Source of the DNA: Dehalococcoidia bacterium UBA5620 | GTDB taxonomy: Bacteria; Chloroflexota; Dehalococcoidia; GIF9; UBA5629 | NCBI GenBank assembly: GCA_002423605.1 | Contig: DIKK01000006.1 | Span: 1,216-65,215 of the forward strand | DNA length: 64,000 nt | Direction: 5' to 3' | Part shown: positions 1-10,817 of the stretch, one piece after another | How positions within the stretch are numbered: position 1 is the first letter of the stretch | How the letters are laid out: the number at the start of each line of letters is the position of its first letter | Made by a program: the position numbers and the translations under genes | Notes under the pieces: model-generated | The model's database searches: none | What the model saw: only the letters and a program-made list of their open reading frames with translations | What the model was told of the DNA's origin: nothing

Positions 1-542
1 AGAAGGCCTCTAAAGACAAGATATTGGGCCATGAGGAAATCCGCGCCCTTATCACCGCACTAGGGACCGGCTTCGGCGAGCAACAGGACTTTTCCAAGCT
101 GCGCTACCACCAGGTGATCATCATGACCGATGCCGATGTCGATGGCGCACATATCCGCACACTGCTGCTCACCTTCTTCTATCGTAATATGGCAGAGCTT
201 ATCACCAGCGGTCACCTGTTTATTGCCCAACCTCCACTCTACCGCATACAGGCGGGCAGGCAGCAGCACTGGATCTACTCCGACAAAGAGAAGGATGCCA
301 AGCTACAAGAGATTAAAGGCGGCAAATACGATATCCAACGTTACAAGGGTCTGGGCGAGATGAGCCCACAGCAGCTCTGGGAGACTACCATGAATCCGAC
401 AACGCGCACCATGCTCCAGGTAGAGGTCGAGGATGCCATGGCCGCCGACCACATATTCCACATGCTCATGGGTAGCGAGGTCCCACCACGGAAGTCGTTT
501 ATCCAGGCACATGCCCGAAGCGTCCGGAATCTGGACGTGTGA
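1..542 (+). CDS. gyrB: DNA gyrase subunit B, C-terminal part (5' end lies upstream of the window)
   Basis: ORF 24..542 is open to the window start. The translation carries the GyrB Toprim/C-terminal signatures ([34 protein letters not shown]). Confidence 0.9.
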   Translation, partial: KASKDKILGHEEIRALITALGTGFGEQQDFSKLRYHQVIIMTDADVDGAHIRTLLLTFFYRNMAELITSGHLFIAQPPLYRIQAGRQQHWIYSDKEKDAKLQEIKGGKYDIQRYKGLGEMSPQQLWETTMNPTTRTMLQVEVEDAMAADHIFHMLMGSEVPPRKSFIQAHARSVRNLDV

Positions 543-648
543 GCCAGTTCACCCTAACCCACACTATTCTGAGATTCTTCGCATGCCCTAGGCAGACTCA
601 GAATAACAATGGGGAGATGCATCGCACCAGGCCTAAGAATGATAGTGT

Positions 649-1248
649 CTACCGATAAAGCCGGTGTGCTTTTATGTACCGCTCAACTGCTGCTGGCACC
701 AGGCCATGTATCGACATACCCTGTGCCACCCTTCGCCGGATGTCCGTAGAACTGATATCCACCGGCTCCATATCCAGCAAGGCCATGCTTTTGGCCAGCC
801 CTATAATAGAAGCCTCCATAGCTTTCAAATCTGGCTTTTTATAGCCAGCCCTAGGGAAAACCACCAAACGGCAGATATTGACCAGCCTGACTGCTTCCCT
901 CCACTCAGGCAGCTCCAGAAGGCTGTCCATGCCGGCTATAAAGAAAAGTTTTGCCTCGGCACCAAATTGCTTCTGCAGTGAGGCTAGGGTGTCCACAGTG
1001 TAAGATACTCCGGGGCGGTCCACCTCCAGAGCCGAAAGCTCAAAGTAATGTTTGCCAGCGATGGCCAGCCTCACCATCTGGATGCGATGATGCGCTGGTG
1101 TGATAATCCTGTCCGTCTTCAAAGCCGGCCGGCCGGCGGGGACAAAAAGCACCCAGTCCAGCCCCAGCTGCCGCCTGGCTTCCTCTGCTATTTTCAAATG
1201 TCCCATATGAATAGAGTCAAAGGTGCCGCCCAGTACGCCTATATCCAT
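649..1248 (-). CDS. nadD: nicotinate-nucleotide adenylyltransferase
   Basis: 199 aa. Contains the GGTFDxIHxGHL nucleotidyltransferase motif and a C-terminal SSTDIRRR motif typical of NadD. Confidence 0.85.
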   Translation of the reverse strand: MDIGVLGGTFDSIHMGHLKIAEEARRQLGLDWVLFVPAGRPALKTDRIITPAHHRIQMVRLAIAGKHYFELSALEVDRPGVSYTVDTLASLQKQFGAEAKLFFIAGMDSLLELPEWREAVRLVNICRLVVFPRAGYKKPDLKAMEASIIGLAKSMALLDMEPVDISSTDIRRRVAQGMSIHGLVPAAVERYIKAHRLYR

Positions 1249-1251
1249 TCA

Positions 1252-2304
1252 CTATCTCCGCCTGGCTTTGGGTTCAGGTCGGAAGACCTGCAGGGGAGTT
1301 TCCTCCATAGCCTCTTCCCCACCGACCCGCAGCAATTCAGCCACCGCCGCCATCAATTCAAATATGCCTTCCCCCGCTATAGCTGAGATAAAGAACGCCT
1401 TGATGCCCCTAGCGTCGAACTCTCGCTTTATCTCCGGCAGCCGCTGTTGAACCTGAGATAAATCTATCTTATTCACCGCTACCACCTGAGGCTTCTGAGC
1501 CATCTCAGGTTTATACCAAACCAGTTCCCGGTTCAGTTTATCCATATTTTCCATAATTGAGCCAGAGCTGCCATCCAGCAAATGAATGAAAACCTTAGTC
1601 CGCTCAGCATGGCGTAGGAAATTGTGCCCTAGGCCCTTGCCCAGATGAGCGCCATCTATTAATCCCGGGATCTCTGCGACCACAAACGTTTTCTCCCCCA
1701 CCTCCACCACACCCAGAGCCGGCTCAATAGTAGTGAAAGGATAATCAGCAACCTTCGGCCTAGCTTGCGACACCACGGAAAGAAAAGTCGATTTCCCCAC
1801 GTTGGGATAGCCGATTACGCCTACATCAGCTATAAGCTTTAGTTCCAGTACCAGCCGGCGCTCTTCTCCAAGTTCACCTTTGGTAGCTGTCTTGGGAGCC
1901 TGATTTCGGGATGTGGCGAAGTGCACATTCCCCAGCCCACCTTTTCCCCCCCCAGCTACCAGAAACCTCTGCCTTGGCTGCCTCAGGTCGGCAAATAGCA
2001 TCTCCTGTTCCTTGCCACTTTCAAACACCATGGTCCCCAATGGCACAGCTATCACCAAATCCTTGCCGCCAGCGCCAAACTTCTTCTGCCCACTCCCATG
2101 TCTACCATTCTCAGCCCTAAACCGTCTCTTATACCGGAACTGCCTGAAGTTAGCCACATTCTTATCCACCAGAAAATATACATCGCCTCCCTTCCCACCA
2201 TCTCCACCATCAGGCCCCCCGAACGGCACATACTTCTCATGTCTAAACCTGATCACACCATCCCCACCATCTCCAGCTTTAATCCATACTTCAACTTTAT
2301 CCAC
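1252..2304 (-). CDS. obg: GTPase Obg/CgtA
   Basis: 350 aa. N-terminal Gly-rich Obg fold (KAGDGGDG, GGPDGGDGGKGG) followed by a GTP-binding domain (GYPNVGKST). The start is GTG, sitting inside a DnaA-box-like sequence. Confidence 0.9.
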   Translation of the reverse strand: MDKVEVWIKAGDGGDGVIRFRHEKYVPFGGPDGGDGGKGGDVYFLVDKNVANFRQFRYKRRFRAENGRHGSGQKKFGAGGKDLVIAVPLGTMVFESGKEQEMLFADLRQPRQRFLVAGGGKGGLGNVHFATSRNQAPKTATKGELGEERRLVLELKLIADVGVIGYPNVGKSTFLSVVSQARPKVADYPFTTIEPALGVVEVGEKTFVVAEIPGLIDGAHLGKGLGHNFLRHAERTKVFIHLLDGSSGSIMENMDKLNRELVWYKPEMAQKPQVVAVNKIDLSQVQQRLPEIKREFDARGIKAFFISAIAGEGIFELMAAVAELLRVGGEEAMEETPLQVFRPEPKARRR

Positions 2305-2520
2305 AGGTTTGTCCTTTATTAGTTAACTCTTTATTTTATAGGTTATATAGTTATATAACAATGTTAGTATTAAGGGATGGTTAATTGTGGATAAGGATAG
2401 CTGTTATGTAGAGCAGTGGGATGACGCAGAACATATGCTGGTTATTAACAGAGGGCAGTTAATTGTCCACGGTTTTAGAGAAGTTTTCCACCGGGGCTGG
2501 TTTAGCCCGTGGATTTCCTG
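2290..2520. promoter_or_regulatory. candidate oriC region (DnaA boxes plus AT-rich unwinding element) between obg and the dnaA 3' end
   Basis: Perfect TTATCCACA at 2297-2305. Perfect reverse box TGTGGATAA at 2386-2394. Degenerate boxes near 2464-2472, 2485-2493 and 2509-2517. A very AT-rich stretch at 2321-2372 (ttaactctttattttataggttatatagttatataacaatg). Confidence 0.5.
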
Positions 2521-3926
2521 GATAGTAGCGTCTGGCGGATGTCGTCTATCGACTTAACCAGCGTCTGGTTGGATTTAAGCTCAGCCGTTATCTTTTCCTG
2601 TCCGTGGAGTATGGTGGTATGGTCTCTGTCGCCCAGCATCCTGCCCACCTCGGTCAGGCTATAGTGGTTTTGCTCGCGCAGCAGGTACATGGCGACCTGG
2701 CGGGCCAAGGCGGTTTTCTTATCCCGGCGCTTGCCTGTTATCTCTTCCTGCGCAATCTCATAATGCTCGCCTACAGCTTCAATTATCTGCTTTGGCGAGA
2801 ATAAGACCGTCTGCTTGGCATCGCCGGGGAGCAGGTCCTGCACTGCCTTTTTAGCTAGCTTTATATCCAGTTTAGTGTGGCTCAAGTTGGCACAGTTGGC
2901 AACCTTGTTCAAAGCGCCTTCCAGCTCGCGAACGTTGTTTGGGAACTGCGCTGCTAGGAAATTCATCACTTCCGGCGGGATGCTCACCTTTAGATGCTTT
3001 GCCTTGGCCTTCAGGATAGCCAGCCGTGTTTCTGTGTCCACTGTCTGCAGCTCAACCACCAGCCCGCTCTCCAGCCGTGACCGCAGTTTTTTCTGCAATG
3101 TGGACAGCGCCTTTGGCGGTCGGTCGCTAGTGATCACTATCTGGCAGTTGGTATCATAGAGCTCGTTGAAGATATGGAACACGCATTCCTGGGTTCCTGT
3201 TTTCCCAGCGAGGAAATGCAGGTCATCCAACAAAAGCACATTAGTATTCCTGAAACTACGGCGGAAATCCTCGGCATTGCGATTTTTGATGGCGGTAATG
3301 AACTCGCTGGTGAAATGTTCGGCGCGCATATAAAGTACCCGAGGCCCGCGGGCTTTTACCGCGTGTGCTATGGCCTGTAGCAAGTGTGTCTTGCCTACGC
3401 CGCTATTGCCATAAATGAAAAGCGGGTTGTAGAGACAACCTTGCGCTTCGGTTATTTCCACCGCTGCAACGTGAGCCATACGGTTGCATTCGCCGGTGAT
3501 AAAGTGCTCGAAAGTGTACCTTGGGTTGAGGTTGAATACCCTGGCAGGCTGCTTGATGGTGACGGCGTCAAAGGCATATTCTGGCTTAGAGATGGTGGAT
3601 CTGAGCGGATCCATCAACTTTGCACTTGTCCCTCCATCGGCCAGGCATACCGATGCTGGCCTGGTCTCGGCTTGAGGAGAGACCAGGGTTAGAAACTGCA
3701 CGTTGACTGCTTTGCTTAAGGTGTCAGACAGGGTCCTCGTGATCAGGGAATAGAGACGGTCTGCTAACCACTCAGCGACGAATATGTTGGGAACGCCGAT
3801 GATGAACACATCATCCTGATAGCTGATGCCCCTTGTTTCCTTGAGCCAGGTATTGTAATTTGGCTTGCTCACCTGGAGTTGCAATTCTCCCAGAGCTGTA
3901 TCCCAGATTTGTTGCGCTAGCTTCAA
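2502..3926 (-). CDS. dnaA: chromosomal replication initiator protein DnaA
   Basis: 474 aa. AAA+ Walker A (GNSGVGKTHLLQAIAH) and the C-terminal DnaA-box-binding domain (RQVAMYLLRE...TEVGRMLGDRDHTTILHGQEKI). Confidence 0.95.
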   Translation of the reverse strand: MKLAQQIWDTALGELQLQVSKPNYNTWLKETRGISYQDDVFIIGVPNIFVAEWLADRLYSLITRTLSDTLSKAVNVQFLTLVSPQAETRPASVCLADGGTSAKLMDPLRSTISKPEYAFDAVTIKQPARVFNLNPRYTFEHFITGECNRMAHVAAVEITEAQGCLYNPLFIYGNSGVGKTHLLQAIAHAVKARGPRVLYMRAEHFTSEFITAIKNRNAEDFRRSFRNTNVLLLDDLHFLAGKTGTQECVFHIFNELYDTNCQIVITSDRPPKALSTLQKKLRSRLESGLVVELQTVDTETRLAILKAKAKHLKVSIPPEVMNFLAAQFPNNVRELEGALNKVANCANLSHTKLDIKLAKKAVQDLLPGDAKQTVLFSPKQIIEAVGEHYEIAQEEITGKRRDKKTALARQVAMYLLREQNHYSLTEVGRMLGDRDHTTILHGQEKITAELKSNQTLVKSIDDIRQTLLSRKSTG

Positions 3927-4143
3927 TCTACCTCCTCACTAGAACAGGTTGTGCAACCCCAAAAATAAAACAAGCCAAAGGCTTGGTGAACCGATGCCTC
4001 AAAACAGTTTATAGTTTATAAAAACGTGTGAAATAACTGCACACACTCGGTAAGTTGGGGGTTTTAACGACCTGAATAAGGGTACCACACCCCTCTTTTT
4101 GGGCGTCAAGGGGGTGTTTGACATAACGGAGGAAATTGTTAAA

Positions 4144-5091
4144 ATGGTATTTATGGTAATTCGTTTTGTATTTATGGGTACCCCGGAGTTCGCAATTCCC
4201 AGCTTGGAGGCGTTAGTATTAACGTATCAGGTGGTAGCGGTCTATACCCGTCCGGATAAAAAGGCCGGCCGAGGACAGCAGCTGGCTTTTTCTGCGGTAA
4301 AAAAGCGGGCGTCGTCGCTGGGGATACCGGTGCTTCAACCGGAGAGACTGAGGGGGGTTGGTGCCATGGAACAGTTGGCTGGCTTAGCGCCGGATATCAT
4401 AGTGGTAGCAGCATATGGGCAGATTCTACCGCCGGAGATACTAGCTGTGCCTAAGTTCGGCTGCATCAACGTTCATGCTTCACTGTTGCCCAAGTATCGC
4501 GGCTCATCGCCGATACCCGCGGCTATCCTGGACGGAGGTGAAGCCACCGGCGTGACCATCATGCTCATGGATACCGGCATGGACAGCGGCCCCATCCTGA
4601 ATCAGAGGAAGGTTCCCATATCATCAGACGATACCACCGGTTTTCTTACCACCAAGCTGGCATGGGTCGGCGCAGACCTTCTTATGGAAATGCTGCCGCT
4701 GTGGATTGATGGGAAAATCAAGCCGCAGCCTCAGAACGCCAGCCAGGCAACATATACTTGGACTGTAACCAAGGAGGATGGTGCCATAGATTGGAAGCTT
4801 TCTGCCGTGGAGCTACGGCGACGTGTTTGTGCCTATGACCCTTGGCCCGGTTGCCACACAGTGTGGCAAGGCAAACGGCTGAAGGTGAGCCAGGTAGTGC
4901 CTATCGAGGGTGGAGAACCTGCTGAGGTGGGCAAGGTGGTAGCCTTGCCACCGGGACTGTCGGTGGCTGTCGGCGTGCAGACAGGGGAAGGCATTTTAGG
5001 CTTGCTCCGTGTCCAGCTAGAAGGTAAACGTGAGATGGCGGCGCAGGAGTTTATTATAGGCCATCGAGACTTCCTCGGCAGCCAGCTTTAA
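4144..5091 (+). CDS. fmt: methionyl-tRNA formyltransferase
   Basis: N-terminus MVFMVIRFVFMGTPEFAIPSLEAL matches the Fmt start and a formyltransferase core follows. ORF track opens at 4099; ATG at 4144 with upstream GGAGG is chosen as start, ATG 4153 is an alternative. Confidence 0.85.
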   Translation: MVFMVIRFVFMGTPEFAIPSLEALVLTYQVVAVYTRPDKKAGRGQQLAFSAVKKRASSLGIPVLQPERLRGVGAMEQLAGLAPDIIVVAAYGQILPPEILAVPKFGCINVHASLLPKYRGSSPIPAAILDGGEATGVTIMLMDTGMDSGPILNQRKVPISSDDTTGFLTTKLAWVGADLLMEMLPLWIDGKIKPQPQNASQATYTWTVTKEDGAIDWKLSAVELRRRVCAYDPWPGCHTVWQGKRLKVSQVVPIEGGEPAEVGKVVALPPGLSVAVGVQTGEGILGLLRVQLEGKREMAAQEFIIGHRDFLGSQL

Positions 5092-5168
5092 ATATCAAAT
5101 TAAAACCAAACATAAAAGGGCAAAATTACACGCCGCCGCCGTGGAGGTACAGGATGCTGGCGTAGCTT

Positions 5169-5624
5169 TTAAATCATTATAATCTCGCCGCGGATGTCTT
5201 TTCCGATGGTGAGGATGCCGAAGGACTCCCTCCCCGGACCGGGGTTAAAGAAAAGGACACCGTTGAGCTTTCTGTTCTGCGCCTGATGGCTATGTCCATA
5301 GATGATGGCATCCACCTTATTAAATTTCTCACGAATTCGGCGTTCTATTCCCTCTGGGCCACCCCAGCCATGGATAACCCCTATCCTTTTACTGTCGACT
5401 TCCAGTAGTTCCTTCTCCAGCAATAAGCCCCTGAGCCTGATGGAGTCCACGTTACCCCGCACTGCCTTTACCTCGCCCATATTTCTCAGCCCCTCAAGAA
5501 CCGCCAAACCAACGAAATCGCCAGCGTGAACTATCAAATCCACGCTGGAAAACGCCATGATTATCTCAGGATGCAGCTCCTCAGGCGTATGTATGTGGGT
5601 ATCGGAGAGCACGCCTATTTTCAT
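5169..5624 (-). CDS. metallophosphoesterase (YfcE/MJ0936 family)
   Basis: 151 aa. MKIGVLSDTHIH, GDFV and GHSH metal-binding motifs of calcineurin-like phosphoesterases. Confidence 0.7.
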   Translation of the reverse strand: MKIGVLSDTHIHTPEELHPEIIMAFSSVDLIVHAGDFVGLAVLEGLRNMGEVKAVRGNVDSIRLRGLLLEKELLEVDSKRIGVIHGWGGPEGIERRIREKFNKVDAIIYGHSHQAQNRKLNGVLFFNPGPGRESFGILTIGKDIRGEIIMI

Positions 5625-5694
5625 TCGCTGTTCACATCTTTCCAGAAATTAGCCTTATCACAAAAAGCCAATCTCAAACGAGCAACGCAGAACT

Positions 5695-6330
5695 CTAACC
5701 ATGGATAGCAACTATATACTCTTCCTCGGTCAAATTACGAATTTTCAGCGGACCTGTCTTATAACTACACACCGCTTGATTTATAATGATCTCCCTACTT
5801 GACTCGAAAGACCGCCCATATACATCTTTGTAATAAGCAACTAGGACACCCCGACCGTTCTTTTGTTCGATGGACAACTGTTCTGTTCTCGCCTCCTCAT
5901 TAACTGCGAGGGTGCCAAAATCCCATTGTCTACGTTCATCTGTAGGGGTCCTAATAAATGAGCAGACATTAACCGCTGGACCGAGGCCAATGTTTCTTAA
6001 CGTGCATGACTGCCATTTGGGTATGTCGCCGGATTGTATGTCCAACCCCTTCCTTATCTTGTCCGTAGCACTCTCTTCTCGCTCCTGTACGTCTACTATG
6101 GGGAATACAATACCATATCTTTGCTGCGCCATCTCCTCTGCCATCTTTTTGCTAGCCTCAGCTTGTTGATACGTAAAAGTAGCATACGTCATGGTAACAC
6201 CAACAAGGGCAAATGTGGCTAACCGCTCAAATTTAGCATTACCTTTTTCATCATAGGGAGTTAAAAGTAAAAAAACAGCGAGCAAGGCCAAAACGATAAT
6301 GTATACTGACCAGCGGCAAAATCTCTTCAT
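5695..6330 (-). CDS. hypothetical protein with N-terminal transmembrane anchor
   Basis: 211 aa, one hydrophobic N-terminal helix (VYIIVLALLAVFLLL). No recognisable catalytic motif. Fits the gap between flanking genes on the same strand. Confidence 0.4.
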   Translation of the reverse strand: MKRFCRWSVYIIVLALLAVFLLLTPYDEKGNAKFERLATFALVGVTMTYATFTYQQAEASKKMAEEMAQQRYGIVFPIVDVQEREESATDKIRKGLDIQSGDIPKWQSCTLRNIGLGPAVNVCSFIRTPTDERRQWDFGTLAVNEEARTEQLSIEQKNGRGVLVAYYKDVYGRSFESSREIIINQAVCSYKTGPLKIRNLTEEEYIVAIHG

Positions 6331-6510
6331 TGCAGACCTCCTGAAAATGACATCGTGCCTTCCCTCTAAATCGAAATGGGAATCCTAAAGACCTCCTCGA
6401 TAGCCTTATTGACTTCCTGTGGCATTTTCGGGAAAACCATATGGAATCCCAAATTCAAAACATTCGGGTTTACTTGTTTGGATTTTGGGATTTGGTGCTT
6501 AGGCTTTCTA

Positions 6511-7131
6511 TTATGCTCCACCCATTATGCCCTGGCGGATCATCTTGATAGCGATGGCTGCCAGAAAGAGGCTGACTACTTTAGAGATGGCTCTTACACC
6601 ACCCTGCCCCAAGAAAGCCACCACCCGGTTAGCCTGCGACAGCAACGCCCAGGCAATCGTCAGGTTCATAACGAAAGAGAGCACTACAATCCAAAGGGAG
6701 TACTGGTCGATAAGTATCAAAAGAGTGGTGAGTACCGCCGGCCCGACCACCAGAGGGGTGCCCAGCGGCACCACGCCCAGCATTCCAGCCCCGACTTCCA
6801 CCTGCGCATCTATCATCTTGCCCGTTATCAGGTCTTTGGCGGCCAGCAGCAGGAGTATGACGCCGCCAGCAATCAGAAAATCCGACACGTCTATTCCCAG
6901 GAATATAAAAATGCCTTTGCCTATAGCTACGAAACCTAAACCCAAAATCAACGCGGTCAGTACAGCATAGAGTACTGTCTTGTTGCGCTCTGGAGCCTTC
7001 ATATCCGAGGTCACCGAAAGCAGGATAGGCAGGACGCCTACAGCATCCATAGCCACGAACAGAGGCACAAAGGTTAGACCGAATTCTGTTAAGACCTGCA
7101 GGAATTTTCCCATGGTTAGAACAGAGGACAA
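6511..7131 (-). CDS. MarC family (UPF0056) integral membrane protein
   Basis: 206 aa, about six TM segments. N-terminal FVPLFVAMDAVGVLPILLS is typical of MarC/UPF0056. Confidence 0.7.
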   Translation of the reverse strand: MSSVLTMGKFLQVLTEFGLTFVPLFVAMDAVGVLPILLSVTSDMKAPERNKTVLYAVLTALILGLGFVAIGKGIFIFLGIDVSDFLIAGGVILLLLAAKDLITGKMIDAQVEVGAGMLGVVPLGTPLVVGPAVLTTLLILIDQYSLWIVVLSFVMNLTIAWALLSQANRVVAFLGQGGVRAISKVVSLFLAAIAIKMIRQGIMGGA

Positions 7132-7137
7132 GTGCTC

Positions 7138-9600
7138 TTACTCGTCTGCCGTAGCTTTTTCGCCATCCTTATCCTCCCCCTGATGAACGCAAGCGATAGA
7201 GGCTACCCTATCATCCGCGTCAAGCCTATTCACCCTTACTCCCTGTGTAACTCTGCCTAGCAGCGAGATCTCTTCGTCAACAGGCACACGGATGATAATG
7301 CCGTTCGCCGAAACGATGATGACATGCTGCCCTGGTGGAACTAGCATGGCAGCCATGACCTTGCCTGTCTTATCATTCACCTTGTGTGCGATTACTCCCT
7401 TGCCACCACGTGCCTGGAGAGGGAAGTTCTTGGCGCGGCTGCGCTTGCCGTAGCCATTCTCGGTGACCGTAAGCAGGTTGGCTTCAGGGAAGACTTTGCC
7501 CATAGCCACTACCCGGTCGCCACGGTCAAGCTTGATGCCGCGCACGCCGCCGCTGGTTCGTGAGGCAAGCCGCAAACCCTTGACCGCAAACTTAATGCCT
7601 TGCCCGCTTTCGCTCACCATGATGATCTCATCGTCCTGGATGACTACGTCGGCAGCTATTAACTCTTCCTCCCCTACAAGCTTCATGGCGATAAGCCCGC
7701 TGTTGCGCACATTAGCAAAATTGGCAAAGCTGGTCTTCTTAACCACGCCTCTGGATGTAGCCATGATCATAAACGTTCCTGGAGAGGAATCCTTGGCCAC
7801 CAGCATGGCCGTTATACGTTCCCTGGGGTCAATGGCCGCCAGGTTAGCTATGGCAATGCCCCTGGTAGCCCGGGATAAATCCTGTGGTATATCATAGCAC
7901 CTGATCCTGTAGACCCTGCCCTTATTGGTGAACAGCAACAGGCTATCGTGTGTATCTGCCACCACCAACTGTGCCACATCGTCGGTCTCACGCGTCGCCA
8001 TCCCGATGATACCACGACCGCCACGATGCTGCTTCTGATAGGTGGCGGCAGGCATCCGCTTGATGTAGCCCTGCTCGCTTAGCGTAATCACTACATTCTG
8101 GTGAGCGATGAGGTCCTCATCCTGGAATTCCTCGGCCTCTTGTCGGTTGATAGCGGTGCGACGTTTATCGCCATAATCCGCCTTAAGCGCCTTGATCTCT
8201 TCTTGGATGAGGAAAAGTATCTTCTTGGGATTAGCCAGCAGGTCTTCGAGGTAGGCGATGGCCTTAAGCACCTCGTTATATTCATCGATTATCTTCTGCT
8301 GCTCCAGCTTTGCCAACCGGCGCAGTTGCATATCAAGGATGGCCTGTGCCTGAATTTGAGAGAGGTTGAAATTATTCATCAAGGCAGATTTGGCGGCATC
8401 AACGCTTTCTGCTTTCCTGATTGTCTGGATGACCGCATCGAGATGATCAAGGGCGATCTTAAAGCCTTCCAGGATATGAGCCCTGTCCTTAGCCTTGCCC
8501 AGGTCGAACTGGCTGCGGCGGGTGATGACTTCCTTACGGAAATCGATGTAGCAGGTCAAAACTTCTTTCAGGCTGAGCACTCTGGGTTGTCCCGCGACCA
8601 GCGCCAGCATATTGATGGAGAAAGAAGTCTGCATGGGAGTGTGTTTATAGAGGTTATTGAGCACCTTTATACCCTGGGCGTCACGTCGCAGCCCTATGAC
8701 CACCCTCATGCCATGCCGATCTGATTCATCGCGGACCTCGCTAATACCCTCGATTTTCTTTTCCCTGACTAGGTCTGCAATTCTTTCCACCAGAGCAGAC
8801 TTGTTGGTCTGATAGGGCAGCTCGGTGATTACCAGTGTCTCGCGGCCGCTCTTGTGGCTCTCTTCCATCACCTTAGCCCGGACCACAATCCTGCCTTGCC
8901 CACTGGCATAAGCACTCTTGATGCCTTCGTGTCCCAGTATGATGCCTGCGGTGGGAAAATCGGGGCCTTTGACGAATTTCATCAGCTCTTCAACATCGGC
9001 CTCAGGGTTATCTATCAAATAGCTGATGGCATCACATACCTCGCTGAGGTTATGAGGGGGAATATTGGTGGCCATGCCAACAGCGATACCCGATGAGCCG
9101 TTTACCAGAAGATTAGGTAGTCTGGCGGGTAGGACCGTTGGCTCGGTCAAGCTATCATCGAAATTTGGCATGAAATTTACTGTGTTCTTATCGATGTCAG
9201 TCAGCATCTCGCTGGCGATCTTGGCCAGGCGGGCTTCGGTATAGCGCATAGCCGCTGGCGGGTCATTGTCCATGCTGCCGAAGTTCCCCTGTCCATCAAC
9301 CAGCCGGTAGCGCATGGAGAAGTCCTGCGCCATCCTTACCATGGCTTCATATATCGGGGAATCGCCGTGGGGATGATATTTACCCATAACCTCACCGACG
9401 ATACGGGCGCTTTTTCTGTAGGGACCGGTGTGGCGGAATCCTATCTCATCCATAGCATAGAGGATACGCCGATGCACCGGTTTCAGCCCATCGCGGACAT
9501 CGGGCAGGGCGCGCGATACTATGACGCTCATGGCATAATCGAGGTAGGAGCTCTTCATCTCCTCCTCAATGAAAATCGGCTTAACCGCTCCAACTATCAT
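7138..9600 (-). CDS. gyrA: DNA gyrase subunit A
   Basis: 820 aa. N-terminal [40 protein letters not shown] with the active-site Tyr region, and C-terminal beta-pinwheel repeats. Confidence 0.95.
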   Translation of the reverse strand: MIVGAVKPIFIEEEMKSSYLDYAMSVIVSRALPDVRDGLKPVHRRILYAMDEIGFRHTGPYRKSARIVGEVMGKYHPHGDSPIYEAMVRMAQDFSMRYRLVDGQGNFGSMDNDPPAAMRYTEARLAKIASEMLTDIDKNTVNFMPNFDDSLTEPTVLPARLPNLLVNGSSGIAVGMATNIPPHNLSEVCDAISYLIDNPEADVEELMKFVKGPDFPTAGIILGHEGIKSAYASGQGRIVVRAKVMEESHKSGRETLVITELPYQTNKSALVERIADLVREKKIEGISEVRDESDRHGMRVVIGLRRDAQGIKVLNNLYKHTPMQTSFSINMLALVAGQPRVLSLKEVLTCYIDFRKEVITRRSQFDLGKAKDRAHILEGFKIALDHLDAVIQTIRKAESVDAAKSALMNNFNLSQIQAQAILDMQLRRLAKLEQQKIIDEYNEVLKAIAYLEDLLANPKKILFLIQEEIKALKADYGDKRRTAINRQEAEEFQDEDLIAHQNVVITLSEQGYIKRMPAATYQKQHRGGRGIIGMATRETDDVAQLVVADTHDSLLLFTNKGRVYRIRCYDIPQDLSRATRGIAIANLAAIDPRERITAMLVAKDSSPGTFMIMATSRGVVKKTSFANFANVRNSGLIAMKLVGEEELIAADVVIQDDEIIMVSESGQGIKFAVKGLRLASRTSGGVRGIKLDRGDRVVAMGKVFPEANLLTVTENGYGKRSRAKNFPLQARGGKGVIAHKVNDKTGKVMAAMLVPPGQHVIIVSANGIIIRVPVDEEISLLGRVTQGVRVNRLDADDRVASIACVHQGEDKDGEKATADE

Positions 9601-9604
9601 TTTG

Positions 9605-10480
9605 TTAGTCCTCCTCTTCTATTAGCAACTCTTCTCTACCATTCATTTCCTCGTCCTCGGCGGGCAAGCCTTCAAATATAGAGAATCCTTCGGGCAGAAG
9701 CTCACCATCTCCCAGTTCGGCAACCTCACCCTCTTCCAGTGCCTCATCTTCCAGTGCAGTATGTCGGAGAAGGGTGTCCCTGACATGTGGCTGGAAGCCC
9801 TCGACAGGTTTAACCGGGAAGGAAAGCCGGGCCGCCTGACTAGGATGCTGGAATGCTTCGCGGATGAGAACTTTTAACAGGTCACTGTCTATGCTGACGA
9901 TGGCTGCGCTGTATCGGTTGCCGCCTTCCATGAGCTTAGCCAGACGGAAACTGTGCTGTGGCTCAACCATGCCCAGATACTCCCCTTGCTCATTCTCCAC
10001 GATAGTTTGTTGCCCTCTGACATTCAGATAAACGCGGTTGCCTGCAGCCATCCGGGCTAAAAACTCTTTAGGAGCCAGATGGTTCAGGTTGACCACGCCA
10101 GCTTTGCCCATCTCGCTGATGAAAATACCCGGGGCAACCTCGCGGCGCTCCTCTTTCACCGGAGCACTAGCTTCCCGCAACATTGATAGCCGCTTCAGGT
10201 TTTTGCTGGCTATGGCATTATCAGGGGCAAGTTCCAATGCCTTGCTGTATGCTTCTTTGGCCTTGGCAAACTCGCCCAGTTCGGTATAAGCCCTGCCCAG
10301 GCGGTTGTAGGCATCGACATCGGTGGGGAAGCTCTCAATTATACTGTTATTAACAGTTACCGCTTCCTGCCATTGGCTTTGCATAGCTAGAGCAATAGCT
10401 TCTTGGCTCGATTTCCGTCTAAGTCTTGCCCTATCCTCTTCTCGATCAGGCATTGGTAATCCCCCTAGGTGCGTAATCAT
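9605..10480 (-). CDS. tetratricopeptide-repeat protein, probably co-transcribed with gyrA
   Basis: 291 aa. TPR-like helical repeats ([32 protein letters not shown]) and an acidic C-terminus. Ends 4 nt upstream of the gyrA start. Confidence 0.6.
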   Translation of the reverse strand: MITHLGGLPMPDREEDRARLRRKSSQEAIALAMQSQWQEAVTVNNSIIESFPTDVDAYNRLGRAYTELGEFAKAKEAYSKALELAPDNAIASKNLKRLSMLREASAPVKEERREVAPGIFISEMGKAGVVNLNHLAPKEFLARMAAGNRVYLNVRGQQTIVENEQGEYLGMVEPQHSFRLAKLMEGGNRYSAAIVSIDSDLLKVLIREAFQHPSQAARLSFPVKPVEGFQPHVRDTLLRHTALEDEALEEGEVAELGDGELLPEGFSIFEGLPAEDEEMNGREELLIEEED

Positions 10481-10594
10481 CTAATTTTATAGTAGTCAAG
10501 GTGTCAAAACAAGTAGTTCTTTGACAAATTTGGGCTGTCATGTTAGCCTAACCGCTTAGTAAATGCAAGCCACAGGCTAAAAAGAGGAGAACTC

Positions 10595-10813
10595 GTGCAA
10601 GAGAAAGTAGAGCATGTCTTAAACCAGATCCGCCCCAGCCTCCGTGCAGATGGTGGGGATGTGGAGCTTGTTGATGTCAAAGATGGTATAGTCAGCCTCA
10701 GGCTCAAAGGCGCCTGCGCTGGTTGTCCCATGTCCACCATGACGTTGAAAAACGGCATCGAGCGCATACTGAAAGCAGAGATATCCGAGGTAAAAGAAGT
10801 AGTCGCTGTTTGA
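10595..10813 (+). CDS. NifU-like (Nfu-type) Fe-S cluster scaffold domain protein
   Basis: 72 aa. CxxC pair (GACAGCPMS) in a NifU C-terminal domain. Close paralog of 30624..30872. Confidence 0.75.
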   Translation: MQEKVEHVLNQIRPSLRADGGDVELVDVKDGIVSLRLKGACAGCPMSTMTLKNGIERILKAEISEVKEVVAV

Positions 10814-10817
10814 TAGC

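Noticed and set aside
8101-8724. 207-aa ORF on the plus strand inside gyrA
   Set aside because: It is entirely antisense to a high-confidence gyrA and has no motifs. Long antisense ORFs like this are typical in GC-balanced coding DNA. The same reasoning applies to 22746-23354 (antisense to the ABC ATPase), 26904-27584 (antisense to cobA/hemD), 29778-30461 (antisense to rpoD), 6376-6939 and 6527-6970 (antisense to MarC), and 13668-14198 (antisense to and overlapping Yip1).
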